Shown: positions 49,580 through 62,237 of the stretch, piece by piece | How the letters are laid out: every line of letters begins with the position of its first letter | Numbering within the stretch: position 1 is the stretch's first letter | The notes under the pieces: generated by a model | Told to the model about the DNA's origin: nothing | Seen by the model: the letters and a program-made list of their open reading frames with translations, nothing else | Databases searched by the model: none | From: Selaginella moellendorffii | Taxonomy: Eukaryota > Plantae > Lycopodiophyta | Length of the DNA stretch: 64,000 bases | NCBI RefSeq assembly: GCF_000143415.4 | Contig: NW_003314343.1 | Location: 1 to 64,000 of the forward strand | Direction of reading: 5' to 3' | Position numbers and translations under genes: made by a program

Positions 49580-50688
49580 CACTGCCATAACTAGAGAGTG
49601 TGGGTGTTGCTGTGGAGGCGAGTTTCTTCCCAAGCCATAGTGTTGGGTTCGTTCGTGGAGTGGGGTGTTGTTGTGGTGCTGTGAGGGCTGCATCTCTTGT
49701 CCTCTGGGAGGTGAAGGTGGTTTCTGGTTCTGAGTTGGCTGGTGTTGTTGGGCTGCTGGAGGAGGTCGTGGTGTAGTCTGGCGCCCTCGGCCGCTTGGCC
49801 AGTTCGGTTGGGACCGTGGGGGTCAACCATTTCCTCAAGACTGGCATTGGCCACCTCTGCCAGTCATGGCTGGCTGGGAACCAAGCACGGTTGGAGATTG
49901 CCGGTGCAAGGGACCCCTTGAAGAAAAACCCGGGGCATCGGAATGGGTGGGAGGAGTCCCAGTAACCACATTCTGCCCCTGCTCGTTTCCCTGCCGTCCA
50001 TGGGTAACGTCACATTCACCACTGGGGAGGGCAACCTTGCGTGTCTTTGAAGAGCCTGCTTCACGTATGTGGGGTGAGGTATCCGTCCTTTGCTGTGGTT
50101 TGCCTTGTGATCTGGTGCCTCTGCCAGCATCTTTGTGGTGTTGTCTCGGAATTCCATGCTCCCTCTCCTTCCACATCTTGTCAAAGCAGCTCTGGACAAG
50201 CATCTTCACAGTGTCTTCCTTTGGCAGTGTCTCCGCCTTGGCTCGTGCAGCATCCTCTGCAGCTTCCCTTTGCTTGTGAGCATTTTCCTTTTTGCTCTCC
50301 TCAACTCCATATGCCACTGCTCCAATTGCAGTCGCACGTTTGTATTCAGCTATCAACTGATGCTTGCGGGCATTGAGAGTATGTGTGACAGCCTCTCGTT
50401 GTGCATTGCCACAAGCCTGCAAAGCACAGTGAACAAAATCATCCATTCGATCATTAAAACGTTGAGAGAGTCCATGGTTGATGAGATCCGCAAGGGTAGC
50501 AGCCTCAGCCTCTCATGCCTTGAGCAGAGAATCAAGATGGTCCTTCAAGTATTGTTCGTGGATTGCTTTGATGCTGGCATCAAGAAGTTCCTGACCGTGA
50601 GAGGTCACCTCAAGCTTTGGCACATGAATGCAAAGGTCTTGAGGGAACTGCTTTTTATCACGGAGCTGAGTCAATCTCTTCACAGCCT
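49577..50688 (-). mobile_element. Inverted 1.1-kb copy of PLE family 2 ORF1 region (mirror of 50869-51979)
   Basis: Near-identical translated ORFs on opposite strands; 180-bp spacer. Confidence 0.95.
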
Positions 50689-50723
50689 GCATTTGTGCTA
50701 CTGGAAACACTCTTCCACAGCAG

Positions 50724-52034
50724 TTGCCACCTTTCCTTGCCCCTGGCAATGCCCTCACTAGCTCCTCGACTGAGGGACTTGGTAGGCTTGATGAGGCTCT
50801 TTCTGCCATCCTTGAATGCTCGATCAAGGAATTCATGAACGAGCTCAAGTCTCTGAATCAAGCTCACAAGGCTGTGAAGAGATTGACTCAGCTCCGTGAT
50901 AAAAAGCAGTTCCCTCAAGACCTTCGCATTTGTGTGCCAAAGCTTGAGGTGACCTCTCACGGTCAGGAACTTCTTGATGCCAGCATCAAAGCAATCCACG
51001 AACAATACTTGAAGGACCTTCTTGATTCTCTGCTCAAGGCACGAGAGGCTGAGGCTGCTACCCTTTCGGATCTCATCAACCATGGACTCTCTCAACGTTT
51101 TAATGATCGAATGGATGATTTTGTTCACTGTGCTTTGCAGGCTTGTGGCAATGCACAACGAGAGGCTGTCACACATACTCTCAATGCCCGCAAGCATCAG
51201 TTGATAGCTGAATACCAACGTGCGACTGCAATTGGAGCAGTGGCATATGGAGTTGAGGAGAGCAAAAAGGAAAATGCTCGCAAGCAAAGGGAAGCTGCAG
51301 AGGATGCTGCACGAGCCAAGGCGGAGACACTGCCAAAGGAAGACACTGTGAAGATGCTTGTCCAGAGCTGCTTTGACAAGATGTGGAAGGAGAGGGAGCA
51401 TGGAATTCCGAGACAACACCACAAAGATGCTGGCAGAGGCACCAGATCACAAGGCAAACCACAGCAAAGGACGGATACCTCACCCCACATACGTGAAGCA
51501 GGCTCTTCAAAGACACGCAAGGTTTCCCTCCCCAGTGGTGAACGTGACGTTACCCATGGACGGCAGGGAAACGAGCAGGGGCGGAATGTGGTTACTGGGA
51601 CTCCTCCCACCCATTCCGATGCCCCGGGTTTTTCTTCAAGGGGTCCCTTGCACCGGCAATCTCCAACCGTGCTTGGTTCCCAGCCAGCCATGACTGGCAG
51701 AGGTGGCCAACGCCAGTCTCGAGGAAACGGTCAACCCCCACGGTCCAACCGAACTGGCCAAGCGGCCGAGGGCGCCAGACTACACCACGACCTCCTCCAG
51801 CAGCCCAACAACGCCAGCCAACTCAGAACCAGAAACCACCTTCACCTCCCAGAGGACAAGAGATGCAGCCCTCACAGCACCACAACAACACCCCACTCCA
51901 CGAACGAACCCAATGCTATGGCTTGGGAAGAAACTTGCCTCCACAGCAACGCCCGCACTCTCCAGTTACGGCAGTGCCTGTGGACAGAAAAGGCAAGGCA
52001 AAAGTTTCTGGCTACCCTTGATTGCCCCACATGA
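50724..52034 (+). CDS. PLE ORF1 C-terminal part (predicted helical/coiled-coil, then basic disordered tail)
   Basis: 436-aa open frame upstream of and overlapping the RT frame; its N-terminal P/T/S-rich part is seen in the second unit (55628-57410). Confidence 0.65.
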   Translation: MPPFLAPGNALTSSSTEGLGRLDEALSAILECSIKEFMNELKSLNQAHKAVKRLTQLRDKKQFPQDLRICVPKLEVTSHGQELLDASIKAIHEQYLKDLLDSLLKAREAEAATLSDLINHGLSQRFNDRMDDFVHCALQACGNAQREAVTHTLNARKHQLIAEYQRATAIGAVAYGVEESKKENARKQREAAEDAARAKAETLPKEDTVKMLVQSCFDKMWKEREHGIPRQHHKDAGRGTRSQGKPQQRTDTSPHIREAGSSKTRKVSLPSGERDVTHGRQGNEQGRNVVTGTPPTHSDAPGFSSRGPLHRQSPTVLGSQPAMTGRGGQRQSRGNGQPPRSNRTGQAAEGARLHHDLLQQPNNASQLRTRNHLHLPEDKRCSPHSTTTTPHSTNEPNAMAWEETCLHSNARTLQLRQCLWTEKARQKFLATLDCPT

Positions 52035-53917
52035 AGCTTTACTTCATTTTGCCGGCAATCAAAAAGTTTCCCAGCTAGAAAATAGAGTGGAGATTAGTGC
52101 TGTTCACAATCTGTCTACTCGCATGTTGAGTGCCGCTGAAAAGCGCCTCCTTGCTCTTGGGCTCTCATTCATTCCTAATCCAGTGCCTCTCACGGCCAAA
52201 AAGATTATGGAATGCTTAGATGACTTTCAACGCTCAGTCCGTCTTCGTCATTTGTTTAAGGACAGCAACAGTCTTATACCAGAGTTTCGGGTTCCCAACC
52301 CAAACTTTGATCCTCCCCCTGCTTCCTGGCACATGGAGTCACGAGTTTCCCGCATTCGAGAGCACCTTCTCCAACGTCTTTCCTGTTGTAAAAGACCTCG
52401 ATCTTTTCTAAGAGGATGGAGACGTGATGCAGTCCTTGCGCTGCGACACGATCATAGTATTGTGATTAAGCCAGCCAACAAAAACCTCGGCATAGTTGTT
52501 CTGGACCGCACGTGGTACATTCAAGAGGCTATGCGCCAACTCAATGATCCTCTTGTCTACAAGAGAGTTGAGTCGATTCCACATCAACCCATGCATGAGC
52601 GCCTCTTTGAACTTCTCCTGAAGTATAAATCTTGCTCGTGGCTCGACAAGAACACAGCCAAGTACCTCGCCACTTTGCCCTCACCTCCACGTAAAGCTTG
52701 TTTGTTGTATTTTCTTCCGAAAATACACAAGCAGCCAATTCGTGGGAGACCAATTGCTAGCTATGTTGGCTACATTTGGGAGCCACTTGCAAAATGGCTT
52801 CACCGCCAACTTTTTGGCATTCTCCTCCAACAGGAAACCTTTCTTATGGACTCCCACACCCTCCTTCATGATCTTCATAAACAACAGCTCCCAAAAGACT
52901 GCCTCCTCTTCACTTTTGATGTGGAGTCGCTCTACCCGAGCATTCCCACACGAAGGGCTCTATCGCCTCCATAAATTTGTATATAGAAATTTTGGAGATT
53001 CAATGCAAGCACGCTTTATCATGGCTGCTGTAGGACTCATCCTTGAACACAATTATGTTGAGTTCGATGGGAGTTATTTCCTTCAAATCCGAGGCACTGC
53101 TATGGGGTCCAACTTTGCTGTGGTGTATGCTTGCCTTTTTCTTTGTTCCCTCGAGGATGAGTTTAAGGCCACCTCTTCTAAATGGCCAATATATCTTAAG
53201 AGATATATTGACGATGGTGTCGGAATTTGGGATGGATCAAAAGAGAGCTTGGAATGCTGGTTGGCTAGCTATGGAAGCCTCTGCAATTCTATAAAGATCA
53301 CCTCAGTGATCTCATTTGAATCTATGGATATTCTAGACATCCATTTTTTCAAAGGCCCACGCTTTGAGAAATGCAGGTGCCTAGACTCCACCACCTTTCA
53401 AAAGCCACTAAATGCATACCAATATCTTCCATGGAACTCAATGCATCCTCGACACCAAAAGATTGCCTTTATTCGTGCTGAACTTCGGTGTTACCTCCTA
53501 CGAGAGAGTAACCCTGAGAGCTTCTGTGCAATTCGCAAGCTTTTCTATACTCGTCTCCGTGCACGTGGATACCCAAGAGCCTTCCTTATTGAAACTTTTT
53601 GGACAATCCATTATACGAACCGAGATAATGTGCTCTACTCTCCATCACGCAAATCCAGTAGCAATAGTCTGTAGGCCCCCCTCATTTTCAAGCTGCCTTA
53701 TACTCTCCATAGTGCGGCACTTGATGTGGGGAACGCCCTAAACCCTAAAGACTCACTCCCCAGAGTGATCACATGCTGGACACGGTCCCCAAACCTTGCC
53801 TCCCACTTGTTCAGCGAGACTCCCACCATATGGATAAGCTACCTTGGACTTGCCCAAAGCTACCTCTTGCAAAGTCGGAGTGGAATATTCCTGGAATATT
53901 CTGATGCTTTGAAATAA
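51703..53917 (+). pseudogene. PLE reverse transcriptase ORF2 (one frameshift ~52955, one stop 53672-74), no endonuclease
   Basis: KPANKNLGIVVLD, LPKIHKQPIRGRPIAS, FDVESLYPSIP, GTAMGS, RYIDDG, FQKPLNAYQYL. Confidence 0.92.
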
Positions 53918-54638
53918 TTTTTGAGGTTAGCTATTAAACATGATGAGGAACAATGCTGCATCCATCACCATTCACAATATACTGCTATGAATAAGCTAAA
54001 GTCGGAGTGGAATATTCCTGGAATATTCTGATGCTTTGAAAAGGTTGGCTATTAAACATGATAAGGAACAATTAGGACGTGCTGCATGGCTGATATCCAT
54101 CACCATCACCGTTCACAATAAATAAGCTTCACACCACTAAGCTTGTTTATTTCCTATTTCAGTCTTTGAAATTTTCAACTTTCTTTGAAATTTCAATTGA
54201 TTATTATATCTTGTGCCTTGCACAGTGATGTCATTGAAGTTCACATCTATTCTCTACAAACCAAATTTGAGGGAAATATACTGAGCTAATTAAAATCACC
54301 ACCACCTCTTCTCTGAAATTTTTCTGAAATTTCAAGGGACTATCACATCTTGTGCCTTGCACAAAGGTGTCATTAAAACTCATATTTTATTTTCTACAAA
54401 CCAAAATTTGTAGAAAATAAACTCATAATAATAGCAATCAATACCACCATCATAATATATAAGATAAGTGGCTAGTGACAACCAAGTCTGTGAGGCTGTT
54501 CCTCCAAGCTTGCCTGCTCACACTCCATCACAAGATCTTTGAAATTCTAAAACAGTTGGATATTTTCAAAGCTTCTTGAATATTCTTAAGGCATCTGGGT
54601 ATAAATAGAGGAAAAGAGGGGCTAGGTTAGACCATTTT

Positions 54639-54700
54639 CATGGCGACTACACCCGGCTGATGAGTCCCAAAAAGGACGAAACCGGTCTCGGGTTGTCATG
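54639..54700 (+). ncRNA. Minimal type I hammerhead ribozyme; predicted cleavage after C54687
   Basis: Core identical to 4544-4597; distal stem I CAUGGCGA/UUGUCAUG; TATAAATA at 54600. Confidence 0.93.
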
Positions 54701-56197
54701 CCAATGTATTTCCTTTCCCTTTAGTGAATTTTTCATTATAAATTTTCTCTAGTTTTTCCTCTTATCTCAGATTGCCATAGCTGATCTCTAGCATTCTTGA
54801 GTTCCACTGGATCAAGCAATGTGGAGTGCTTTTGGCTAATTGCAATTCCAAAATCCTAAACACTTTCTAGCTCAAAAGCATCAAAGAGGCTTCACAAGCC
54901 CCACTTTGTTGCAAAAAGCATTCCTAAATCAGCTCTTCCATTCTCCAATTCATTTTACTTATTCATTGTCTCTGTTAGATCAAGTTCCAGGATTACATCT
55001 GTTGCTGCTAGATCGCTGGATTGCCAGAAAGTCCCAAATCACCAGATTGCAACGAGTATTGGATCATGGCCAGGAACGAAGAGTAAGTAGAAAGTGCCAT
55101 GCACTATGGTGCACAGAACACCATGGGGGATGACGCTGCCAAACAGCACCGCCATTGTGCTATTGCACTAAGTGGTTTGTTTGGCACTAACCCCAGCGAA
55201 CGTGCTAATAATCCAGCTCTTTATGGGACGCCCAAAAAAGGAGCCCTGCGGCTGCCACCAGCACTGCCAGCAGAGAATCAGCCCACTGGATCTCAATCTA
55301 GAGCCTCCACATGGAGTCTAGGGCTACAAAGAACGGGTGTAACTTAGTCAAGGATCTCCTGCTCTCAACCTTGACCGTCTGGAGGCTTGAGGGTGGATTT
55401 CTTGCACTAGTTCCTTGTGAAGAATTTATGGGTGTAACTCAGAGAAGGATCTCCTGCTCTTCTGCTGACCGTCTGGAGGCTTAAGAACAGATTTCTTTCA
55501 CTAGCTCCCCATGAAGGATGAAACGTGGATCTACACTCTCACCAAATGGCTTCATTACGATATTTCTTCTTAGGGATCTCAATCCCTTACACTTTCTGCT
55601 AGCTGTGACGGTCTGTGAGTAGTAGGCATGCAAGCTTCTAGCCCTTTTTCTTCATCTTCATCGCCACTTAGTCATAGTTTAAGTGCTGGAGTGCCCTTGA
55701 ATCTCATCTGTTCTATCAACGCTGCTGCAGATCAGGAGACACCAACGAATTCCCGGTCCCCCACACCGGAATTCTCACCTCCTGAGTCAAGGCAGAACAC
55801 ACACGACACGCTCGTCTTGCCTTCCCAACAGACACTTGTCTTGCCTTCTCAGCGTGCACAAGCTCCTCAATCTCATCGTGGACTGTGGCCGAATTTCTCT
55901 CACCAGGACGTTCGCTCATACTTCATCCGGGACTCTGGTCCAGGACCGATTGAGATTGAAGACACAGCTGCAACTTCTGGAGTAATGCATGACCAGTGTT
56001 CTCTTCCTCTTATGGCAAATGCTCCTCCATCACCTCCTCACATCGCTTCATCATCTTGTCAAACACCAAATCCTCCACCATCCAATTCCATTCATGGATC
56101 AGCCCCTATTCACGGATTTACACTCTCATCTCGTATCATACCATCTTCTTCTTCCACACCAAATACAACGCTGTCTTCCATACCAATTACAACACTT

Positions 56198-56482
56198 ACT
56201 ACCACGCACTCTACCAGCTCAAACGTCAGTTCCAACACCACTACCACGCACTCTACCAGCTCAAACGTCAGTTCCAACACCACTACCATGCACTCTACCA
56301 GCTCAAACGTCAGTTCCAACACCACTACCACTCACTCTACCAGCTCAAACGTCAGTTCCAACACCACTACCACGCACTCTACCATGTCAAATGTCAGTTC
56401 CAACACCACTACCAGGCACTCTACCACCTCAAACGTCAGTTCCAACACCACTACCACGCACTCTACCACCTCAAACGTCAGT
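56198..56482 (+). repeat. 42-bp tandem repeat, ~6.8 copies, within PLE ORF1 region
   Basis: Unit accacgcactctaccagctcaaacgtcagttccaacaccact. Confidence 0.95.
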
Positions 56483-57921
56483 ATATGCACTCACGACCGA
56501 GTCTCCTCCAGCTTCTCCTGAATTCTTGAGGGAACTGGCACTTACAGAGGAACGACACTTGGCTGAACGACACTTGGCTTCACGACCTGTCTCGGCACCG
56601 CTGTCAACGGCTACATGGTCCACTGTAGCATCAGTGAGAGATATGCAGCCCACTCTGCCTCCAGCAACTGCCCCAGTAGCAACTATGCCGCCTAGGAGAT
56701 CCGTTGTGCCACCTGTGACCGCCTCTACATCCCCTATGGCTGTGGCTACAACAAACTCACTCTCACCACATGCACCAGCATATACACCCATGTCTACGCT
56801 TGCATGTACCTCTGTGCTCACAACTACAACCATCCATACACCTACTCCATCGACAACTAGCCCTCTACTCTTTGCTACAACACCTCATACTCCACCAACT
56901 TTCTCCACCTCGCCTCCTGTTCCATTAACCTTCTCCACCACACCACCTTTCTCCATGGCCTCCACTTTACCAACACTCTTTTCATCAACAACTTCAATCC
57001 CACCACCTTTTTCATCCCCAGCTGTGCCATCATCTACTCCATTCTCTGGATTGGTAGACCTCTTCACAGTGTTGCAGAATAGTGCTGGCATTTCTGCTAC
57101 TGGAAACACTCTTCCACAGCAGTTGCCACCTTTCCTTGCCCCTGGCAATGCCCTCACTAGCTCCTCGACTGAGGGACTTGGTAGGCTTGATGAGGCTCTT
57201 TCTGCCATCCTTGAATGCTCAATCAAGGAATTCATGAACGAGTTCAAGTCTCTGAATCAAACTCACAAGGCTGTGAAGAGATTGACTCAGCTCCGTGATA
57301 ACCCTCAAGACCTTCGCATTCATGTGCCAAAGCTTGAGGTGTCCTCTCACGGTCAGGAACTTCTTGATGCCAGCATCAAAGCAATCCATGAACAATACTT
57401 GAAGGACAGCAACAGTCTTATACCAGAGTTTCGGGTTCCCAACCCAAACTTTGATCCTCCCCCTGCTTCCTGGCACATGGAGTCACGAGTTTCCCGCATT
57501 CGAGAGCACCTTCTCCAACGTCTTTCCTGTTGTAAAAGACCTCGATCTTTTCTAAGAGGATGGAGACGTGATGCAGTCCTTGCGCTGTGACACGATCATA
57601 GTATTGTGATTAAGCCAGCCGACAAAAACCTCGGCATAGTTGTTCTGGACCGCATGTGGTACATTCAAGAGGCTATGTGCCAACTCAATGATCCTCTTGT
57701 CTACAAGAGAGTTGAGTCGATTCCACATCAACCCATGCATGAGCGCCTCCTTGAACTTCTCCTGAAGTATAAATCTTGCTCATGGCTCGACAAGAACACA
57801 GCCAAGTACCTTGCCACTTTGCCCTCACCTCCACGTAAAGCTTGTTTGTTGTATTTTCTTCCGAAAATACACAAGCAGCCAATTCATGGGAGACCAATTG
57901 CTAGCTATGTTGGCTATATTT

Positions 57922-57937
57922 GGTTTAGGGTTTAGGG
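57922..57937 (+). repeat. Two TTTAGGG units at the 3'-truncation of the PLE
   Basis: ggtttagggtttaggg immediately after the YVGYIW codons. Confidence 0.8.
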
Positions 57938-60539
57938 CAGAGCAGGACGTTTGTATGGTAGTACAAGAGTCTAATAAGAGTTGCAGCTCAATTTCCATCT
58001 ACGTTTAGAACACACAAATCACCCTTTGTGCTAATTGAGCTTTTGCCAAATAAAGTAATTGAGAGGCTTTACACTATAAACATGGAACAGAGAGATATAA
58101 AGCTTGCTGCTAGGTGTAGGCATCAGTTTTGGAGACACTTTTACCGTCATTTTGATCTCTAAAGAATTAAAACATGTTAAGAGATATTAATAAAAGGTTT
58201 TGCTAAAAAGGTGAAATAGCCTTAGACAGTCCCAAAAATTCTAAAATATATTGCAAAGCTCAAAAATCTATCATACAAACTCAAAGACTTATATTAACCA
58301 TAACCACCCATTGGTGAAGAGGGTAGGGAGAAATTTGTCATGAAAAGAAATTTTTGTCTAAATCTGAAGCAAAGTTTTCCATAAATTAACTATCACATGT
58401 TTGAAAAGCTACCTAATATCATTCCACAAGCAAATTAATCTATGATAGGCTATTATGCACTAGATATTTTAACTCTTGTGTTGGTTCCATAGGGCAATTT
58501 CACATAATGGTCTCCACGCCCCGTTCAAATTAGTCTTTAATGTTGATCCAATTTGCCCAAAATTTACTAAGAGCAATAGGCCATTCTTTCTAATTCCACA
58601 GTTGTAAAGGTAAGGTTGGCTATAAGTCAAAGGGTAAGATCTATTGTGAAGTAGGGAAACTACTCCAGAATTCACTATCATGCGCTAAAGACCTTACATT
58701 GAATTAATCATAACTATATTAGGCATGGGCCAAAAGGGGAGAGATTAAGGATTGATGACCCTCCACTATCCTAATAGAAGTTGAATGGGGAATTAGGGTA
58801 GATAAAATAAAAATGTTTACTAGCAATCCACCACACCTATCAGAATATACATTTTGCTTATAGACCCTAACGAAAGTTAGTTAATCCCCACTCTGTGTAA
58901 CTAGATAAAAGTATAAGAAAGCAAAAATTATACTATCTTGTGTGCCAAACTAGGCCAGCAAATGATAGATTTAGCAAAATTATATAAAAAGCTGGACAAA
59001 TTACTAAGTAAAATACTTGATAATATTTTGCTCAAGGTATACAGAAGTTTGACTTCTAGTACCTTTACTATTGTTAAAAAATGTGTGCTAATATACTTAG
59101 ATTATTTTGTAGGTACACAGTGTAAGTGAGACTTATATCTGTGGAGTTACCTTCAAAAAAAGAAAATAGTACCAGGATTCATCCTAGATAGAGAGATAGT
59201 TTGCCTATCTGAGATAGATGCAAATCCTGAGTATTATAACATGCAAAGGATTTATAAATTTTTGCCTAGTAGACAATTGCTAAAATTTTATGCAATCTTA
59301 GGCATATTGTAGGAACTTTAATGGTCCATAATAAAGGTTGGATACCCATTGGCAAAAATACATTTGTTGATAATTGGGCTAATAGACATTGGATCATTTT
59401 CGAATCTAGATTGATAGGCAACAAAAGTTTGTGGAGTAAAAATCTCTGAAGGTGGACACACCTAAGCAAAATAGATACGTTGTAAAAAATAACATTTATT
59501 TCTCGAGAAATTTCTAAGACTTTCATATAGGAAATGTCTTGGATATTTAGCCTCTAAAGGAAACCCATCCCCATTTCAAAATTAATTAGAAAGCTAGTGT
59601 AAGCAATTAATTTTTTTATCTTACTTTAGTCACTTAATCATAGCTTTGACCATATGAAAGAGTTTCACTCTCAACCTCCATAAGTCCTATTCCAGACTTA
59701 GGGACTTGTTAGCCCCAAGAATGGCATCTATGCCACTCAACTATTGCATTTGCACTCACCTTGGGTGATCCACCTTGGATCACCCAAGTGATCCACATGT
59801 CAGATCCCATGACTGATACCCAAAGGTACCATTAACATATCAGCCCGTTATGCTAAAGCTATGCTCATCCACCTTTGTCAAACTGGTGGTCCGACACCAT
59901 TTGCATCACAGTCCCGTCTTTCAAAGACTGGGCCATCTATGCATGACTGATCATCCTAGATCCACTCTTTAGCATCCTTAGAATGCCTATAGATATGAGG
60001 AACAATCTTCCCCAATATCCCTTTTTCGGTCCCCACTAAGTCCCTTTCCGTCCATAGCCCACTGAGTCAAACCCCACAGGCCCAACCACTATGTTTTACT
60101 AACCTCTGGGACTTCCTTGTTATATGATAACATCCTTGGTCACCACACAAGTGGACTACTCCTCTCCCTTTCCATAGTCTAGGATTCTGGGATGACATTT
60201 CAAAACATTGCGGCCATATACGAGCTTCATGGGTACGCTTCCCACCATCTGCCTTTGGGTGCCCTAGCTAGGTGGCTAGAGCAAGGTTCTAATGAGCTAT
60301 GCCAAGTATCCAAGTAAGTAGTTCCACCCACACTTGGACTGGGAGTATGACCATTCGATCTCTTGGGGGAGCTAAAGCCAGCTTTTGAACACTTCACCAA
60401 ACTACCCTATTTCTCTGTCTATATTCACTCTAGCTTTGGACTTCCTAGTAGTTATATCATCACCCAACATATGGGTAGAGCCTTCTTGGGCCACATTGGT
60501 ATTTCCTAGCCAAATTGATTCCACTCGAGTCCAACCCCC

Positions 60540-61615
60540 ACCCTCCCCTCGGGGGATGATCACTTTGGGCTTTCACCCAACAGCCTGTATTAGTATTTAG
60601 ACTCAGACTCGGACTCGAACTCGGACTCGAACTTGAACTCGAACTCGGTCTCGGTCTCGGTCTCCATCTCAATCTTGGTCTTGGTTCCATCTCGGACTTG
60701 GACTTGGACTTGGTCTCGGTCTTGGTCTCAGTCTCGGTCTCAGTTCCATCTTGGACTCCATCTCGGGTCCATCTTAGACTCAATCTTAGACTCCATCTCG
60801 GACTCCATCTCAGACTCCATCTTGGAAAGAGCTTCAACCTCCACCCTGTTAATGTGTCCAAAAACGCCCCTTTGCTAACAACTCCACACCATCTAGTGGT
60901 CTAAAGATATATCAGGAGCAATTGGATCAATGAGTGATTGAGGCAGCCCCTTCATCAAGGAAAGGCAAAGCATTAGCTTCATAAGTCAACACCATTTTTG
61001 TAGCCAAGGAACTCTATAGAAAACAGCAAAAAGCTGCAACCACTTGAGCCCAAGCGAAGAAAAAGGCAGAAGAAGAAGACTCCATCTCGGGTCCATCTTG
61101 AATTCCATCTCAGATCCATCTCGGACTTCATCTTGGGTCCATCTCGGATTCCATCTCGGACTCCATCTCGAGTCCATCTTGGACTCAGACTCAGACATGG
61201 ACTCGGACTCGGACTTGGTCTTGGTCTCAGTCTTAGAGTTCATCTCAAACTCCGTCTCAGACTCCATCTCGGGTCCATCTCAGACTCCATCTCTAGTCTA
61301 TCTCAAACTTCATCTCGGACTTAGATTCGGACTCAAACTTGGACACAGACTCAGACTCAGTCTTAGTCTCGATCTCGGTCTCGGTCTAGGTTTTAGACTC
61401 CATCTCGAACTCCATCTCAGACTCTATCTCGGGTCCATCTCAGACTCCATCTCGAACTCCATCTCAGACTCTATCTCGGGTCCATCTCGGACTCCATCTT
61501 GGACTCCATCTCGGACTATATTTTAGGTCTATCTTGGACTCCATCTCAAACTCCATCTCTGGTCCATCTTGTACTCTATCTCGGATTCCATCTTGGACTC
61601 TATCTCAGGTCACAC
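60540..61615 (-). repeat. Degenerate LTR-type 6/12-mer arrays (ACTCCATCTCGG-like) of a related gypsy family
   Basis: Arrays at ~60600-60825 and ~61077-61610, preceded by ttgggctttcaccc..tattagtattt as in 26438-26470. Confidence 0.7.
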
Positions 61616-62237
61616 TTCTATGTGTCATGTGTTGGTCTTCTTGTGTCCCTTTTCTAGAGACTCACTTATTGCTCACTTCGTGCTCGTTTCTTAAGCACTT
61701 CATTGAGAGTTTCACTCCTGCTTTCAACTTTTCAAGTCGGAGCGTTTAATCCAAACGTGTTACTCTTATTTGGCTTCCGCTTCAGCCACTACCACATGGC
61801 ACCCTTTTGGCTCCATTTTTGGGGTTCTAGGATTTGTGTGTCACAGCTAGGTGCTTATTTATAAGAGTGACTGATAAGCCAATTTATAAGGGAAATACAT
61901 TGCATACCAAAACCCTGTATCACTCACTTCACAAACAAGGCATAATAATTAGGCCTGCCATAGTAGCAATGCCAACAGACTTTGAAATATATAGGCATAG
62001 ACTAACAATTGATTTTATCTATAAAGCTTTAGAAGCCATAGTCTTTATGCATATAATTGTCACTGCTTATACCAAACAAGGTAATAGATATACAATATTT
62101 CCCTCACAATCTGATGAGCAGAAGGTAGTCTGAAAAGAAGTATTCCCAAGATCTTGAACAAGATTACAAAACATGATATTTGCGATTTTAACCTCCTTTT
62201 AAAACAGACTAAATCTTTGCTCAACCAAGCTAGAGAA

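Larger units (their letters stand above)
50689..57921 (+). mobile_element. EN-deficient PLE family 2 as a head-to-tail partial tandem: 5'-truncated unit (ORF1, RT, UTR), hammerhead, then a 3'-truncated, internally deleted second unit
   Basis: PLE RT motifs, no GIY-YIG, hammerhead at 54639-54700; 57088-57921 repeats 50689-51017 and 52258-52780. Confidence 0.9.

Noticed and set aside
52742-53674. Telomerase (TERT) gene
   Set aside because: Motifs are PLE-type; no T motif or TRBD; multicopy and fragmented
57940-59600. Possible decayed LINE RT (GPKGERLRIDD resembling PKxxGGLGI)
   Set aside because: Too degenerate to support by eye
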